A stretch of DNA of 54,426 bases from NCBI GenBank assembly GCA_964652755.1, contig CAZZBP010000006.1, positions 1 through 54,426 on the forward strand. The letters are read 5' to 3'. Position 1 is the first letter of the stretch, and each line of letters begins with the position of its first letter. The notes below the pieces were generated by a model that searched no databases, was not told the DNA's origin, and worked only from the letters and a program-made list of their open reading frames with translations. The translations under genes and the position numbers were made by a program. This stretch comes from an uncultured Dehalococcoidia bacterium. GTDB taxonomy: Bacteria > Chloroflexota > Dehalococcoidia > Lucifugimonadales > UBA826. Shown here piece by piece: positions 1 through 8,813 of this stretch.

Positions 1-537
1 GACGTTCTGAGCAACTACGCGGGCGGAGGAGGTCCGGTGCTAATCCCGAACGAAGCAAGGGAACAATGGGATTATGTTCTGGATGTCAATTTAACCGGGG
101 TTTTTGAAATGTGTAGCGCCGTCTGGCCACATATGATAAGGCGGGGAGGAGGGACTATTGTTAATATGTCCTCTGTAGCCGCTACGGGCGGACTTTCACC
201 ATTCATGTATCAATTGTCGGGGAGAGTACCTTCAGCCTCATATTCTGTTGGGAAAGCTGGCGTTGACGCCTTGACAAGGTGGACGGCCGGACATGGTGGG
301 GAAGTGAATATTAGGGTTAACGGTGTTAGGCCGGGTCAGATAATCACTCCATTGACCGACCGTGAAGGTAAAGGGGAACACGTCTTTAAAAAACTTTTTG
401 ATGTGATGCAAATAATAGACGGCCCCGGGTATCCGGTAGATGTCGCTAATTGTGTTTTATTCTTGTCTTGCGATGAGTCTAGGTTTATCACGGGGGAAAT
501 CATGAACATAGATGGGGGTTTGCCTAGCAAACTGTAA
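1..537 (+). CDS. SDR family NAD(P)-dependent oxidoreductase (5' end outside window)
   Basis: Frame is open from base 1 (DVLSNYAGGG...). Motifs NLTG, IVNMSS, YSVGK (YxxxK), IRVNGVRPG and a C-terminal FITGEIMNIDGG. Confidence 0.92.
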   Translation, partial: DVLSNYAGGGGPVLIPNEAREQWDYVLDVNLTGVFEMCSAVWPHMIRRGGGTIVNMSSVAATGGLSPFMYQLSGRVPSASYSVGKAGVDALTRWTAGHGGEVNIRVNGVRPGQIITPLTDREGKGEHVFKKLFDVMQIIDGPGYPVDVANCVLFLSCDESRFITGEIMNIDGGLPSKL

Positions 538-546
538 AGGAAAGGG

Positions 547-708
547 ATGAGCATGACCCAAAGGTTCGATGCTAAAATGCTTGTCTTAACAGGAGGAAAT
601 CAGAAAATAGGCAGGGTTGCTTCCATTGCCTTGCGTTCTACTCCACTGGCAATGCACCTAGCCTTCGCGAAAGAGTGTCAACGCGGCGACGATGTTCTTG
701 TCCTGTAA
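547..708 (+). pseudogene. 5' remnant of a second SDR gene
   Basis: A purine-rich RBS precedes ATG 547. Translates MSMTQRFDAKMLVLTGGNQKIGRVASIA, a degenerate TGxxxGIG Rossmann start, then runs into the convergent gene and stops at 708. Confidence 0.6.
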
Positions 709-1813
709 TGGATCCATTCTTATAACGTATATTTAATTCTGTAATCAAATCCTCGATAACCTGGCGCTCATCGGATCCCGGGAACCAGCCTGCGGTACGT
801 CTCCTAAACCTGAGTGTCCTCAAGGTTCCTAACATAGCCCCGGCAAATAATATTAAGGCTAGCCCCACGGGACCTGTGTACTCGTAACGGACTGAGTTGA
901 AGTTATGAGAAAGGGTCTGGGTAAATGTAGGTCGAGGAAACCCGGTCAAACTCACCTCGGTAACCTGGCCACGACCAATATTAATTGCCTCTTGAACATC
1001 GTAGTTAATACCACCTATATCCATAATTTGAGTGGGCATACCTAGATCCGTAGTAACATCAAACAGACCTGCGGGGACAACAATCCGAAGGCCTTGAGCG
1101 CCATATCTCCATTTCTTTGTAAAGGATAAGGAATCCTCCGAATATGGAACTCTGTAGGAGTACATGATTTCATGATCGCCAGGCGGAACCGACGCCAGTA
1201 ATGCGAAGCCTCGATCTACTTGGACCCAATCTGCCTGTTCAAAACCCGTGTCTACTACCAATTGATCCGAACCAACAGGCAGACCAAACCTCAAAAGCTC
1301 CATAGGTCCATCACCAGGTGTGTATGTGAAGTCAGAACCATTTCTAAGAGTTACCATCTCCATAACCGAAACTCTTCGGGCAGCGATATCTACATTAGTG
1401 AAAAGAAGCGAGGCCCGGGATATAGAAATTACTTCGTCAGAGCTTGTAGGGTCGTAAACAACTATCTCTACAGGATCTGAAACGAACGCCAAATCGACTC
1501 CTACAGCATATGTAGCTCCTTTATATATGACGGATATCCCGTAAAGAGCTTCTTTTATGACTTCCACATCCGTAAATAGAAATGATCCATCACTTCCAGT
1601 AAAGGTTTGTACCAGGTTCACACCCTCATCTAATTTGTTTGTGTGAAGGGCTACAGAAATACCTACAGGATTATCAGCGCCAAGGGTCCCATTGACAATG
1701 ACACCCTCTACTTCAATTTTTGACCCTGTAACAGGTTCAAACCCGTGAACTAATGTGACAGTTGAAGCGAAAAGAATCACTCCCAGTAATACTGAGAAGA
1801 AGCCAATTTTCAA
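638..1813 (-). CDS. Exported, membrane-anchored hypothetical protein in the ccm cluster (beta-sandwich ectodomain, C-terminal TM, short helical tail)
   Basis: 391 aa with an N-terminal signal peptide, TGSDGSFLF (carboxypeptidase-regulatory-like) motif, a TM helix near aa 315-335 and an ELNIRYKNGSITGQEH tail. Start overlaps the stop of the upstream gene. Confidence 0.75.
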   Translation of the reverse strand: MKIGFFSVLLGVILFASTVTLVHGFEPVTGSKIEVEGVIVNGTLGADNPVGISVALHTNKLDEGVNLVQTFTGSDGSFLFTDVEVIKEALYGISVIYKGATYAVGVDLAFVSDPVEIVVYDPTSSDEVISISRASLLFTNVDIAARRVSVMEMVTLRNGSDFTYTPGDGPMELLRFGLPVGSDQLVVDTGFEQADWVQVDRGFALLASVPPGDHEIMYSYRVPYSEDSLSFTKKWRYGAQGLRIVVPAGLFDVTTDLGMPTQIMDIGGINYDVQEAINIGRGQVTEVSLTGFPRPTFTQTLSHNFNSVRYEYTGPVGLALILFAGAMLGTLRTLRFRRRTAGWFPGSDERQVIEDLITELNIRYKNGSITGQEHRRRVDTLSRRLGALPVE

Positions 1814-2202
1814 GAAAAAAATTTCCTTTCCGAAAACCCGTCCGATTGCGCTTCAGGACCTTCCGGTCCAAGCCGGGTTTTTGCAAGCTCGCCATTAATT
1901 CTTTCCATGAGTGAAGCCTCTTCAGACTCCGAGAGTTCAAGAGTTTTAAGCACGAGGGCAGCCTCTCTCATATGCACCTCTTTCAACCACTCGTAGTCAT
2001 GGTCATCCAAGTTCCCAACAGATCGCTCCAATTCTGTACCTCTGAGACCGTCTATTGCGGATTCCCATCTTCGTTCAAGGTCCGCCCGAAGCGACGATTC
2101 GTCCTCAGGAGCAGGAGCAGTAGAGGAAGACCGTTTGACCAATGGATATAACACCATGAAGGCTGGAAATAGGCATAGAAGTATGGTTATAACCACTACC
2201 AT
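1810..2202 (-). CDS. CcmI-like (N-terminal domain only) cytochrome c biogenesis protein
   Basis: N-terminal TM ending LYPL, then LRGTELERSVGNLDDHDY, typical of the CcmI/CycH cytoplasmic segment. Directly downstream of ccmF. Confidence 0.6.
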   Translation of the reverse strand: MVVVITILLCLFPAFMVLYPLVKRSSSTAPAPEDESSLRADLERRWESAIDGLRGTELERSVGNLDDHDYEWLKEVHMREAALVLKTLELSESEEASLMERINGELAKTRLGPEGPEAQSDGFSERKFFS

Positions 2203-2211
2203 CTGATTTCC

Positions 2212-4233
2212 TTAACTTCCAGTACCCGCACTTAATTTTGACATGGGAGTTCCAGAACTCTCTTTGCTTATGTTTGACAAACTCAATCGGCGCCTGGAAG
2301 CACGGCTATTGGGTGACAATGACAAAAGTGTACCAAGCACCAGAACCGGGCAAGAGGCCCAGATCCACCACACCATTGGATTAACCAAAGCCCTAAATAC
2401 GGCTTGACCATCCTCCCTGAATTCGGAGGGTACGAGATAGAAGTCTTCCAACAGTGTGCTGTTAATGGCACCCCTGGTAGCAGCTATGCGGAACTCCGGA
2501 TAAAACGCTCGATACGGGTACATATAGCCTAGATTCCGGCTTCCAGACCAAACTTCAAACCTTGCCGTTTCCTCCAAACGGTCTGGAAAAGTTCGCTCGG
2601 TAACATCTATAAAAGTAAACGTATATTTACCAAGTTTCTCTGTATCTCCTGGTTTCATTACTACATCCCTTTGGACGTCGTAAAACGATGAGGCTACGAT
2701 ACCGACAGCGAGCATGACGATTGCTAGATGTACGACGTAACCTCCATACCTGGGCCTATTGGCGGCAAGCAGCCGAGGAAAGGCCTGATAAAACGGTTCC
2801 CCCCTGGAGTGACGAGACATTGTTCCTCTAACCCACTCCTGAAGAATTCCTGCAACCGGTATTGCACAAATACCAAATGAGAAGATTGCCCACGGCTCCC
2901 GTACTCCGACTATCCAAGCAAGAATACCTATCAAGATCCCAAATCCTAGAGGAACGCGAAGCATACGTAAAATCATTGGCCAAGTTGCCCTTCGCCAAGG
3001 TAGCAGAGGTCCTATCCCCATCATGAGTATCAGCAGCAACATCAGTGGTCCATTTACTTTATTGAAGAACGGTTGACCTATGGTCATAGTAGTGTCATCT
3101 ACTGCCTCTGAAAAAATAGGAAAAACAGTTCCCCATAAAGTTACAAATGCTATAAGTAGAAAAAGGATGTTCTGGCCTAGAAAGGCTGCTTCCCGGGACA
3201 AGAAAGATTCTAAGGAACCACGACTCTTCAGGGTCTCAAAACGGTGTATAAAGATTACCAGCGACAAGAAAAGAGTGAGTCCCATGATCGCCAGAAAAAT
3301 CCATCCCATGGTGGATTCAGCGAAAGAATGTACAGACGGTACAGGACCGCCCCGGTTAATAAACATACCCAATTGTGCCAATGTGAAACTGGTGATGATT
3401 AGAACCATATTCCACATTCGGAACATACCTCTCCTCTTCTGCACCATAATCGAATGTACGAACGCTGTCATTGCAAGCCATGGCATAAGCGCTGAGTTTT
3501 CTACAGGATCCCATGCCCAGTACCCACCCCATCCCAAAATCGTATAAGCCCACCAGGCACCAAGGAGCAACCCGACAGTCAAGATTAGCCATGAAACCAT
3601 ACCCCACAGTCTGCCTTGATCTACCCATTCATCCCTCCCACCTCTCCCTGCAAGAAGAGCTCCCAAAGCTACAGAGAACGGAATCGCAACTGAAATCAAC
3701 CCAAGCATCTGAAAGGGGGGATGTATGAACATACCAAAATGGATTAGCAGGGGATTGATGCCCTGTCCATCTTCGGGAATGACCGAAAGTTGTTCCAATG
3801 GGTTTGCCAAAAAAAGGATCACTCCAAGGAAAAAAAGCAGCACTATTGACATAACACCGACGGCATACGGCGATGTGTATGGAAGTCTGGTGCTTAGCAC
3901 CTTAATGCTGATAGCACCCATAATCGAAAAGGCCAACGCTATATACAATAGCGATCCTGCGTTCCCGGAATAGAAGGCCACCCAAGCATATATACGTGGC
4001 ATAGCCAGGTTACTGTTCTCCGCCACGTATTTAACCGAGAAATCATTATTAACGAAGGCATATATCAATGAGGCGGTGGCAATTAAAAGCAACGGTACGA
4101 CCGAATAAAGCCCCCATCTTGCACTAGTAGCTAGATCACGCCCGTTAAGAGCTCCTCCTGCAAAACCCACGAATCCGGCATAAGCAGTCACCATAAAGGC
4201 AGCTACAATTGCAACCTGTCCTATCTCGACCAT
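2212..4233 (-). CDS. ccmF: Heme lyase CcmF (cytochrome c maturation system I)
   Basis: 673-aa polytopic membrane protein with WAYTILGWGGYWAWDPVENSALMPW (WWD domain), IHPP, SVHSF and NPMVWWIW motifs. Confidence 0.96.
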   Translation of the reverse strand: MVEIGQVAIVAAFMVTAYAGFVGFAGGALNGRDLATSARWGLYSVVPLLLIATASLIYAFVNNDFSVKYVAENSNLAMPRIYAWVAFYSGNAGSLLYIALAFSIMGAISIKVLSTRLPYTSPYAVGVMSIVLLFFLGVILFLANPLEQLSVIPEDGQGINPLLIHFGMFIHPPFQMLGLISVAIPFSVALGALLAGRGGRDEWVDQGRLWGMVSWLILTVGLLLGAWWAYTILGWGGYWAWDPVENSALMPWLAMTAFVHSIMVQKRRGMFRMWNMVLIITSFTLAQLGMFINRGGPVPSVHSFAESTMGWIFLAIMGLTLFLSLVIFIHRFETLKSRGSLESFLSREAAFLGQNILFLLIAFVTLWGTVFPIFSEAVDDTTMTIGQPFFNKVNGPLMLLLILMMGIGPLLPWRRATWPMILRMLRVPLGFGILIGILAWIVGVREPWAIFSFGICAIPVAGILQEWVRGTMSRHSRGEPFYQAFPRLLAANRPRYGGYVVHLAIVMLAVGIVASSFYDVQRDVVMKPGDTEKLGKYTFTFIDVTERTFPDRLEETARFEVWSGSRNLGYMYPYRAFYPEFRIAATRGAINSTLLEDFYLVPSEFREDGQAVFRALVNPMVWWIWASCPVLVLGTLLSLSPNSRASRRRLSLSNISKESSGTPMSKLSAGTGS

Positions 4234-4235
4234 AC

Positions 4236-4826
4236 TTATTGGTCCTCATCCCCGGTTTTTGTCTCAGACTCCCTGCCCATTACATTCCTTTCGAATAATG
4301 CCGAATACCTTTCAAGTTCTTCAGGAGAAAGCTCTGACACTAAAGATTCGTCATTCATATCTTTGCGAGAACCTTTACCGCCTAGGTTCCGCCTACGCAT
4401 CAAATATAGCGTTAGCCAAACAGAAAATACCGCAACTACTAAACCCACTGGGGGAACAGCCCATGCCAGCATACCCAGACCCGATGAAGGGGGCTCCATA
4501 AGAACAACAGGACCATAACGGGCGACGAAGTAGTCACGGATTTCCTCGTCTGGGTTCCCTTGATCTATTTTTTCTCGAACAATACTTCGCATATATCCAG
4601 CAAGTTCATTCTGCGACTGATCTATGGACTCACCCGGACATACCGGGCACATAATTGATTTATTTAATTTCTTGATCCGATTCTCCTCATCAGTAACTTC
4701 TGTCAGACTCGAACAAGCCATACCAATCACAATAAGAAGGCATAGAAAGGACAAAGCTACCTTCCATCGTTCAAATGATTTTCTTAGTCGGAGGCGATAA
4801 TTACTCACGAACATTGTTTCCAACAC
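4236..4826 (-). CDS. ccmH: Cytochrome c biogenesis protein CcmH/CcmL (start uncertain)
   Basis: IMCPVCPGESIDQS (CxxC) and YFVARYGPVVLMEPP, followed by a TM. Adjacent to ccmF. Confidence 0.9.
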   Translation of the reverse strand: MLETMFVSNYRLRLRKSFERWKVALSFLCLLIVIGMACSSLTEVTDEENRIKKLNKSIMCPVCPGESIDQSQNELAGYMRSIVREKIDQGNPDEEIRDYFVARYGPVVLMEPPSSGLGMLAWAVPPVGLVVAVFSVWLTLYLMRRRNLGGKGSRKDMNDESLVSELSPEELERYSALFERNVMGRESETKTGDEDQ

Positions 4827-4829
4827 GTA

Positions 4830-4837
4830 ATTATAAT
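4830..4837. promoter_or_regulatory. Overlapping back-to-back -10 hexamers (ATTATAAT)
   Basis: Reads TATAAT on both strands, in the short gap between divergent ccmH and the hydrolase pseudogene. Confidence 0.4.
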
Positions 4838-4880
4838 GGGCGTACTGATTTCTTGAAGATTATTCAATATATTAGAGAAT

Positions 4881-5738
4881 ACGATTAATCACCAGCGACG
4901 ATTAAAGGCCCCCGAGAGCCATAGCATTGAAATCAATGGTTTAATTATCCATTACCTAGATTACTGTGCGTCCTTTGACACTGCCAAAACATCACTCCTT
5001 GTACATGGCCTTGGAGGCACAGCCGCCGGATGGCACGAAGTCGCTCAAATACTTCGGCGAGATTTTCGTGTTCTCGCTATTGACCAGAGAGGACACGGTG
5101 ACTCAAATCATGCGCTTGGTAGATACGCTGTCACTTCCTTTGCTTCAGACTTGGCAACTTTCGCCGTTACCCTAAATATCATTCCTTATGACTAATACGG
5201 CCTATCTCTCCGCGCCCGAAACGGTGTCGCCTATGCAGGTAACTACTCTGATCATCTGAGCCATCTTGTCTTGCTTGACTTAGGACCAGAAGTTAGTAAG
5301 GCAGCATTGAAGTTAGGCCAGGCGACAGGAGCTATACGTAAGAAAGAATTGAATACAATCCAACAGTTTATTGAGGATATGCGAATAGAGTATCCGGGGG
5401 CGCCGGATGAATATATACGCTTGAGAGGGGAAACAGAGCTTACTCGAAATTATGGCGGCGTTTTGGTACCAAAAGCAGACCCTGAGCTGAGTAGAATCAT
5501 ATCTTCTTTAAGATCAAAGGAGGAATCTTATTTATGGGAGAGCTGGTCGAGAATATCTTGCCCTTTGATGGTACTAAGAGGAGACCGCAGCCTATATATC
5601 GACGAATCAATTGCCGAGCAGATGAAAGAACTACAACCTTCACTACATTTCCTAGATGTGCCCAATTCCAATCACTCAATACCCGCCTACAATTCTGGCT
5701 TCTTGGTGGATCACCTACGACGGTTCTTATTAGATTAG
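4881..5738 (+). pseudogene. Alpha/beta hydrolase pseudogene
   Basis: One frame reads ...IHYLDY...LLVHGLGG...RVLAIDQRGHGDS...PYD*YGLSLRAR...LVLLDLGP. In-frame TAA at 5193-5195, nucleophile motif GxSxG changed to GLSLR, and probable start is ACG at 4881. Confidence 0.85.
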
Positions 5739-5795
5739 CTGATATAACATTTCAATTATTGAATAGATCAACAATCATATAAATTTAACCGGGGG

Positions 5796-7085
5796 CTAAG
5801 GGCCTTCCCCTAGAACCAGTTGTGCAGTCATAAGATTTCCAGCCCTGTAGAATTCTACCTTTATCGTTTCTCCCGGCAGATGAAGAATTAGGAATTTTGA
5901 CAGATCCCCAGCATTTGCGATCTCCACTTCCCCTAGACTAACAATTACGTCTTCTACCTTTAAACCAGCTTTTTCAGCTGCGAACCCCTCTATGACCTTG
6001 GCTATGATCACACCCTCTGACACAGGTAGCCCAATTTGCTCGCGAATAGAATCCGTCACATTGAAGGGAGAAATTCCAATAAATCCTCTTCGAACTTCTC
6101 CCGACTCTATAAGTTGCTTAACAACAATTTTTGCATCATCAATGTTGATCGCGAATCCGATACCGTTACTACCCTCAATAATTGCCGTATTAATCCCGAT
6201 CACTTCTCCTCTCGAGTTAGCCAACGGCCCACCGCTGTTGCCTGGATTGATAGAGGCATCAGTTTGTATTAAATCAACCATAGAGCGTTGGCGGTCCACC
6301 TCAATTGTTCTGCCCAAGGCGCTGACAACTCCTTTGCTAACAGTAGCGCCTCCCTTTAACCCTAACGCGTGTCCTACGGCAATTACGTCTTCACCCACTT
6401 CCAGAAGTGACGACTCTCCCAGTCTTGCAGGACTCAACTTTGCAGCATCTATACGAATAACTGCTAAATCTGTAATTGGATCGGTTCCAACTCGTTGCGC
6501 AGGATACGATCTGCCGTCACTTAAGGTAACCGTGACTGACTGGGCACCTTCCACAACATGGTTGTTCGTTAATATTCGACCTTCGTTATCGAGCAAAACA
6601 CCCGAACCCACTCCAGACTGAGGCACGAGTTGATTGAACATTCCCGTGACATTCTTATCGTTCGATATGTGTACGACAGAGGGTTTAAGAAGCTTGACCA
6701 CTTCTACAGTCGTAAGGGGAACCTTCTCTGCCATGATGGATATCACCGGATCGGGTAGCGGACTCGGAAAAGGTATTGGCGTTTGTGTTGGAATTTCAGT
6801 AGGTTCAATTTCACTTTGTGGAGTAGGACTCGCTTCCGCCTGAGGAGTTTCAGTCGGCTGAGGTAACTCCGTGCTTTGAGGTATTGGAGTTGATGTCTTT
6901 ACCTTCATAGGTATCGGGGTAGCGGTGGCGGTTGGTACAACTAGAACTGAACTAGTTTCAGTAGGCAAAACTTTTACTGTTTCCGTTGAACTAACCCTTT
7001 GCCCTGGATCTGAATACCCGCAAGCCGACAGTATTCCTAAACAGAGCAAAATGGAGAGCATTACTAACTGTATATTACTGATCAT
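5796..7085 (-). CDS. htrA: HtrA/DegP-family serine protease lipoprotein with one PDZ domain
   Basis: Lipobox LSAC, Pro/Thr-rich linker, catalytic triad motifs TNNHVV, DLAVI and INPGNSGGPL, C-terminal PDZ. Confidence 0.93.
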   Translation of the reverse strand: MISNIQLVMLSILLCLGILSACGYSDPGQRVSSTETVKVLPTETSSVLVVPTATATPIPMKVKTSTPIPQSTELPQPTETPQAEASPTPQSEIEPTEIPTQTPIPFPSPLPDPVISIMAEKVPLTTVEVVKLLKPSVVHISNDKNVTGMFNQLVPQSGVGSGVLLDNEGRILTNNHVVEGAQSVTVTLSDGRSYPAQRVGTDPITDLAVIRIDAAKLSPARLGESSLLEVGEDVIAVGHALGLKGGATVSKGVVSALGRTIEVDRQRSMVDLIQTDASINPGNSGGPLANSRGEVIGINTAIIEGSNGIGFAINIDDAKIVVKQLIESGEVRRGFIGISPFNVTDSIREQIGLPVSEGVIIAKVIEGFAAEKAGLKVEDVIVSLGEVEIANAGDLSKFLILHLPGETIKVEFYRAGNLMTAQLVLGEGP

Positions 7086-7095
7086 ATCGGTATTT

Positions 7096-7153
7096 ATTGT
7101 ACGTCAGGTTGATCCCACCATTCGCTAGCTGAGAACTAATTGAGAATTAGTTC
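7096..7153 (-). promoter_or_regulatory. htrA promoter with a candidate response-regulator box
   Basis: Minus-strand -10 TACAAT (7101-7096). Tandem TCTCAA-N5-TCTCAG (7145-7129) overlaps a perfect 9-bp inverted repeat GAACTAATT-gag-AATTAGTTC (7133-7153). Confidence 0.5.
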
Positions 7154-7300
7154 GTAACCTTTTTAGGCAAATCAGATCTCCTCTAAGGCAAGGAGGTATA
7201 TCTACCCAATATCTTGAAATAGCCTTTCTGAAACTGTTGCAACAATTCCAATCTTCTGACTACAGAATTTAGGCATGCTAATTATCGAGGGAAGTTAGAG

Positions 7301-8767
7301 CTATGGAATCAACCAACCTTTGATGGATTGCTGCAATTCCCTCCGGAAGTCTGGATGAGCAACAGAAATAAGTGCATGTGCCCTCTCCCGATGATTTTTA
7401 CCTAAAAGGTTTGCGACTCCGTATTCAGTAACTACCGTATCTGCCCAGAATCGAGGAATCGTGACAAGCTCGCCTTCAGCCAGTTTTGGAACAATTCTGG
7501 ATACAGAGCCATCTAGCGCCGTTGCCTGTAAAAGGGTTATCGCCCTGCCTTCCTTAGAATAGAGGGCTCCTAGGTGTGTCTCAGGCTGACCTCCTATTCC
7601 ATTCATCATCCTGCCCCCAAACACACTCTCTGAACATATCTGCCCTGTAAGATCGACACTTAATGCGTTGTTTATAGCAATCTGCCTATCATTCATTGAG
7701 ATGGTGTTCGGATTCAGGAGATATTCTGGTTCATAAAGCTCAAATTCTGGATTTCCATCTATGATGTCTAAATCCCTATCGTCAGATCCTGACCAAGCAA
7801 CCGCCACTGCCTTCCCATGATGGGTGTTTTTCCGTATTCCATTAATTACTCCACCATCTACGAGGCGAGCAATCCCCGGCACAGTAAGTTCCGTATGCAA
7901 TCCAAGATCGACCCTATTATCAAAAACCCCCAAACGGGGCAGGTAAGATGAAGGAGACCCGACTCCTATCTGTATACAGGCACCATCGGGAATCAGGGGC
8001 ATTACATTGTCACCAATAGCTCTGACTTCTGCGGTTGCGGAATCGAGCCCATATAAAGATCGCAGAACATGAATATCAATCTGACCGAGCCTATCCGCAA
8101 TTGGTCCTAACCTTTCAGGGTTAACAGCGTTAATTACTTCTAGAAGTGCGGCTTTCCTTTCAGAGGCATATTCTGAAACGAGATCAACCAAGGTTTCTCG
8201 GGTGTGAATTATTCTTTCCCTTTCTACAAACGCATCAAATTCGCTGATGTGCATGAAACAATCGCCGTAAGTTCGGATGAGATTAGGATTAACCTCGGCA
8301 CACACCTGATGTGCCCGACGCGCATATCCCATCTTAAACCACGGCTGCGCCCCAAAAGACACCATGCCATTTTTGTTCGGTGGGGTTACCGTGACGAGAC
8401 ATACATCAATGGGTTTAGCCTCGTCCAACCTCTCGTCCGTCGCCTTAAAAGTTAGCGAGAAAGGGAGCGGTAAAAAAGGGGAGAGTCCCACATTTTCATA
8501 TTCCCTGGCCAGTGAACCCAGAAAGATCTCAACCTCAACCTCAAGGCCGCGAGATAGAAGTCCACCTATGTCAAAGCCAGGTGTTGAGACACAAACCGAT
8601 ACTTCCTCAAGGCTCCCGGCTCTGTCCATTAGAGCAGCTATTAGGCTCAAAGGCTGCTCTGTTAAAGGAACAAGAACCCTGTTACCGTTCCTAACTAAGC
8701 TTGCTGCTTCCTCGGCCGAGGTTAACTTTGCCTTATAATCATCCATCCAGCCCATTGCGCGCCCCAT
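7301..8767 (-). CDS. Acetyl-CoA hydrolase / 4-hydroxybutyrate CoA-transferase family protein
   Basis: IPDGACIQIGVG, DLGLHTE (catalytic Glu), INNALSVDLTGQICSES, GIGGQ and VVTEYGVANLLGK motifs. Confidence 0.9.
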   Translation of the reverse strand: MGRAMGWMDDYKAKLTSAEEAASLVRNGNRVLVPLTEQPLSLIAALMDRAGSLEEVSVCVSTPGFDIGGLLSRGLEVEVEIFLGSLAREYENVGLSPFLPLPFSLTFKATDERLDEAKPIDVCLVTVTPPNKNGMVSFGAQPWFKMGYARRAHQVCAEVNPNLIRTYGDCFMHISEFDAFVERERIIHTRETLVDLVSEYASERKAALLEVINAVNPERLGPIADRLGQIDIHVLRSLYGLDSATAEVRAIGDNVMPLIPDGACIQIGVGSPSSYLPRLGVFDNRVDLGLHTELTVPGIARLVDGGVINGIRKNTHHGKAVAVAWSGSDDRDLDIIDGNPEFELYEPEYLLNPNTISMNDRQIAINNALSVDLTGQICSESVFGGRMMNGIGGQPETHLGALYSKEGRAITLLQATALDGSVSRIVPKLAEGELVTIPRFWADTVVTEYGVANLLGKNHRERAHALISVAHPDFRRELQQSIKGWLIP

Positions 8768-8813
8768 TTAAACTCAATATGTACCATGGTATCTAACGAG
8801 GCTACCCTAGCTT

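Noticed and set aside
5992-6621. Long antisense ORFs (e.g. 5992-6621, 9268-9813, 24948-25517, 36709-37053)
   Set aside because: Shadow frames opposite well-supported genes, with no recognisable motifs.
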